DNA from: Macrostomum hystrix
Lineage: Eukaryota > Animalia > Platyhelminthes
Length of the DNA stretch: 64,000 nt
Reading direction: 5' to 3'
NCBI GenBank assembly: GCA_950097015.1
Contig: CATNEN010000003.1
Coordinates: 7,378,001 to 7,442,000, forward strand
Shown piece by piece: positions 61,038 through 64,000 of the stretch (positions are counted from its first letter, which is position 1; every line of letters begins with the position of its first letter). The notes below the pieces were generated by a model. It was given only the letters and a program-made list of their open reading frames with translations. It made no database searches and was not told the origin of the DNA. The position numbers and the translations under genes are program-made.

Positions 61038-64000
61038 TCACTGTGCATCAGCGAGAGAGTCGTTAGCTGTTACTAGCTGAGGCCTAGATCGACTATTGGG
61101 CAGAAAGCCAGCTGTGCCATTGGGTCTGATTGGTTGCCTAATTAGCACCAGTCTAGGACCCTCCTGTGCATCCACCATTGTCTTCAATCGATGCCGCAGT
61201 CGATCCGGCCGCGGCTGGACTGGCAACGGTTGAACTGGCTGATTAGCGGCTGACGATGAAGAATTTGTCGACGCCGTGACAGCGCTGGCAGTGGCAGCAG
61301 CCTGATCAGCCGGAGCTCCGCCGTTGCCAGTTTTGTCCAACAGGCGCACATTGCAGGCTAGGCGATCGCCGGTGACGGGAAATTCCAGCAGCTGAAACTG
61401 GACTCGATCATTGCGACTCCCACCTGAGATCTGTAAGTGAGCACGGATTTGAGTTGTGCCGAGATGTATCGAAATATTCGAAGTCAATTAATATATATCA
61501 CGAGGAGGAGGAGGCAATTCTGCCCGTTTCGCTGACTCCTGAGTACACACGCACACAGATACTGTGCGTAGACACATGCTCACACAGGTGTGTACATCTG
61601 CACTGAATTTCTCATCGTCAGGCAGTGTATGTAGACTTTCATTGTGCCTTGGAGGTTGGCCCCTCAAGGGCGTAAATTGGACAACAAGCCGCGGCTGCGC
61701 CCCAAATTAATGTGGCCTCGCCGCGGTCAGAGCTCAGAGACCCTGCACAGGGAGCTCAGAAGCTATTCAAGATTGTAATTAAAAAAATTGCGGATATGTA
61801 TTAAAAAATTTGAAATTAAGTCTAACCTGAGCCAACGGGCAGCACACTAGCTCTTTCCGACCGGCGCTATTGTACATGATAATACCCGGCTCAGTGTCTG
61901 CCTGATGCAGTACACCCGTTAGCACCTGGGGTCGCATCAGGGTCAGCTTGTTGGCAGAAGTGGCTGCAGCCTCAGGCGACAGTCGGCATAGTCGAATAGC
62001 GGCCTGTCCAGCGTCGCCGGCATCAGACGAGCCGTCAGTGCCAGCCAGCGAGAACTGGACCAGATCGCCAACTTCGCCATTGAAACCATCGCCAATAAGT
62101 TCGCAGGACTCGAATTGATACGACTGACCGTCGGAACTGACCACACCTTTGCTGCTGCTGCTGTTGCCAGTTCCATTGCTCGAGGACGCGTGGATAACGC
62201 CTTCCCGACGCGGTTCTCGATTAACGCCACCAGCTGGCGAATTTGCACCGCCGAAAGTCTCGACGGGATCGAGTTCAATAGCCGTGGCCCGACGCAGTCG
62301 ATCCCGTCGATCCGTGCAGGCGTTGAATGTCACCCGATCGCCCGGTCGCAGGGTACATCGGCTGACCAAATCGGCCGAGTAGAATGGCAGCTGGATGAAT
62401 GAGCCAGTGTCCGGGCACTGGTAGCTTACCTGGGCGAATATGGGATAAGAGTAACTTAGGGATAAGTACGTATGGGATTTAAAATAATTCAGCTTTTAAG
62501 TAAAAAGTTGGGATTCCCGTAATTTTAAATGGGATTTTATTGAAAATAAACGGGATTTCAGTGAACATGGATGGGATTTCAGTGAACATGGATGGGATTT
62601 CAGTGAACATGGATGGGATTTCAGTGAATATGGATTTGATTTCAGTGAACATGGATGGGATTTCAGTGAATGTGGATGGGATTTCAGTGAATATGGATTT
62701 GATTTCAGTTAATATGGATGTGATTTCAGTGAATATGGATTTGATTTCAGTTAATATGGATGTGATTTCAGTGAATATGGATTTGATTTCAGTGAATATG
62801 GATGGGATTTCAGTGAATATGAATGGGATTTCAGTGAATATGGATTTAATTTCAGTGAACATGGATGGGATTTCAGTGAATATGGAATTGATTTCAGTAT
62901 TTGAATTGAATTTAATTGAAACATTTCAGCTCAGATCTTTGGTCTTTTAGACTCATAGCTAAGGTAATGACCGTAATAAAATAAAAAACCTAATAACTCA
63001 CCTGACCACTCAGTGGATCTTTTCTCTGATGAGTCGGCAGCCGCAGCAGGGTGCCAGTTAGTCTGCGCTGATCAATATCGGCAAATTTCACGCTACCCTG
63101 CGGCAGCAGTACAATATCCGTAGCTGTCTCCCGCCCGCTGCGACTCAATTGCAGACTGAACTCAACTGGCGAGCCCAGGGCCGGCTGACGACCTTCCGGA
63201 CAGCCGGAGAAATGAAAATGCACATCCTGTACGCGATCTTCGCGTTCTATAAATCCGTAGCCGTCTTTAATTGAGCTGACGATGCCGCGGCAGCGACTGG
63301 CGGCCGGACGGTGAATATTGACAGCCCAGGAGGCGCCTCCACGGATGTCCGCCTCGCCCGGACCGGAGGCCACCTGAGTGCAAGGAGATTCCGATGATTA
63401 GGGAAATCCTGATTGGAATTCCTTAACCACTAACACTCTAAAAACGGAATGCCCGCATTTTAGAAAATAGACAAAACTATACGAAGTTTCTTAACTGGGA
63501 AATCCCGTGACTAAGGAAATCCAATTAAGTATAAATAGTGTCAAAATAGGGGATTCCCGTGATTTAGGAAATTCCCTAAACTATACCTAGTCTAATAACT
63601 GGGAATTCCCGTGATTAGGGAAATCCAATAAAGTTTACTAATTGTCTAAATCGTGGATTCCCGTTTTCGGAAATACAATAAAATATACAGAGTCTCTGGA
63701 AAAGGAATTTTCGTGATTTAAAAACTTAAAATCTATAGTCATTGAAATGGGAATTCCCGTGATTTGGGAAATTCACCTAAATGTCGATTCTCTAAGTAGG
63801 GAGCTCCCCAGGCTCTGCAAGCAATTTACCTGAAAGAACACCAATTCGCCAGTATTGAGGGATTCTCCATTTCGCACAGCCTCCTGGTTGTAAGGCACGT
63901 AGAAATATTCGCCATTGAATACGTGCGCTATGCGACCAGGCTCGCCGGGTTTGCAGGCCGACACAACTGTGCCCTCCAACAGTGTGCCGCTAACTGTAGT
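61038..64000 (-). CDS. CSDE1: Cold shock domain-containing protein E1 (UNR), 3' exons: >64000-63830, 63373-63002, 62429-61827, 61430-61038
   Basis: Cold-shock RNP motifs GIVSSIKDGYGFIEREDRVQDVHFHFS and GDRVTFNACTDRRDRLRRAT, and a C-terminal SUZ-C-like RPDRL...GPRLVLIRQPIRPNGTAGF. GT-AG phase-0 junctions. Confidence 0.85.
61507..61745 (-). mobile_element. SINE family A, copy 8 (truncated)
   Basis: Reverse-complement match to the family body, in a CSDE1 intron. Confidence 0.8.
62550..62900. repeat. 21-bp tandem repeat (ATGGATGGGATTTCAGTGAAY)n
   Basis: Visible period of 21, in a CSDE1 intron. Confidence 0.9.
63380..63775. repeat. Degenerate dispersed repeat with a GGGAATTCCCGTGATT core
   Basis: The motif recurs with variants several times within one intron. 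Confidence 0.55.

Noticed and set aside
61600-61625. CTGACGA...GAAA in SINE-A (minus strand) resembling a hammerhead core
   Set aside because: Only 3 nt separate the two motifs, so there is no stem II. The segment folds as a simple hairpin.

Overview
Eukaryotic (animal) genomic DNA with short spliceosomal introns and many minisatellites. The style is reminiscent of a free-living flatworm such as Macrostomum, but that is inference only. The centre of the window holds two complete, tandem, same-strand polycystin-1-like (PKD1L/REJ-type) genes, at ~11.0-27.0 kb and ~29.9-48.5 kb. Both have signal peptide, WSC-like, PKD, REJ, GAIN/GPS, PLAT, TM and channel domains. The two paralogs are strongly diverged except for two near-identical blocks confined to their two longest exons, which suggests patchy gene conversion. 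Each also has an RFX X-box-like site about 130 bp upstream of its ATG. Left of the pair: an LRR single-pass membrane gene, a cluster encoding four copies of an uncharacterised domain, a MITE and a decayed intron-containing Crypton tyrosine recombinase. Right of the pair: a small gene with a possible ubiquitin-like domain, a Q-rich orphan gene, a deleted Tc1-like element, CCDC86 and the 3' part of CSDE1/UNR. Eight copies of one tRNA-derived SINE (two interrupted by nested insertions), two copies of a second SINE, a solo LTR and at least nine different tandem arrays are also present. All coordinates and splice sites were read by eye.
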